64,000 nt of DNA from Macrostomum lignano (Eukaryota). Below the pieces are notes generated by a model. It saw only the letters and a program-made list of their open reading frames with translations, was not told where the DNA came from and did not search any database. Of this stretch, positions 63,301 through 64,000 are shown one piece after another. Both the position numbers and the translations under genes were made by a program. The DNA is taken from the NCBI GenBank assembly GCA_002269645.1, contig NIVC01002842.1:38981-102980 (forward strand). The letters are read 5' to 3'. Each line of letters starts with the position of its first letter. Position 1 is the first letter of the stretch.

Positions 63301-64000
63301 GAACGATTTTTATAAAAATTTCCTTTTCTCAGTTTAAGGAACACTGGAAGTTACGCTGTCATCAAAACGGAGCACTCGCTATTAGTGTAAAACACCGCCA
63401 ATTAATGGTGGTCCTGTTTCAGTATTGCAGTTTTTGAAATCAGGAGCCTTCGAAATTTACAAGAAGTTCCCGACCCACATTTATTCAATATAAGACGCAC
63501 GGAGGCACGCCCAGACACACTAAGACATTCAAAGACACAGCTAAAACACATTAAATCTGAATACACATGTTTACACGCTAAGAACATATACTGACACATG
63601 CTAGGACACACCAAGACACGCTAACACAACACTAAGACACACATTATGAATCCAAACTATGAATCTAAGACTGGATCGGATCAGGCGACCCAGCAATTTC
63701 ATTAACTTCAATTGTCTCAGGCGAACAAATTGTCTTCTATTCACCATCACACCCTAATCTCTCTCAAGGAGCAGTGCAGCGGATAATCTCTGAGCTTTAA
63801 TGACTTTCCAATGACCTTGCGAGACGCTGATTATCAGTTATGATTTATGAGCAGGATCACGAACTGAGACACATTTGCGTCATTAGCGAACTAATGAGCG
63901 AGTCCGTGGAGACTGCAATGCAAATAGAATTTGAACTTTATTCAAATTTTGCAATAATTTTTCCATGAAAAGAGCGTTCCTATCCAGAAAGTTTTAATTT

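Overview
This is eukaryotic (animal) genomic DNA. It has GC-rich, alanine-rich exons with C-rich splice acceptors, embedded among many different minisatellites and transposon relics. That style suggests a flatworm such as Macrostomum lignano, but this is inference and was not tested. Host genes: an 8-exon CEP135/TSGA10-family coiled-coil gene (+, 23865-32689; the N-terminal part is not visible), an intronless BAP18/C17orf49 homolog with an RG-rich and acidic tail (+), a 4-exon secreted F-type lectin plus PAN/apple-like gene (-), and an intronless NPY-receptor-like GPCR with six single-base deletions (+). There is also a convergent inverted pair of an orphan helical-protein gene, both copies carrying stops. 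Mobile DNA: a very young Gypsy (Mag-like) LTR element with identical 254-bp LTRs, a solo LTR, two hAT MITEs, LINE relics, tRNA-derived SINEs and a piggyBac-like relic. Three observations stand out. (1) An AT-rich domain of about 12 kb whose repeats carry a strongly directional C->T/G->A signature enriched at CpA/TpG, resembling fungal RIP. (2) Inverted arms of about 2.3 kb enclosing a transposase relic. (3) Several snapshots of minisatellites arising from unique or TE sequence. All alignments and counts were done by hand.
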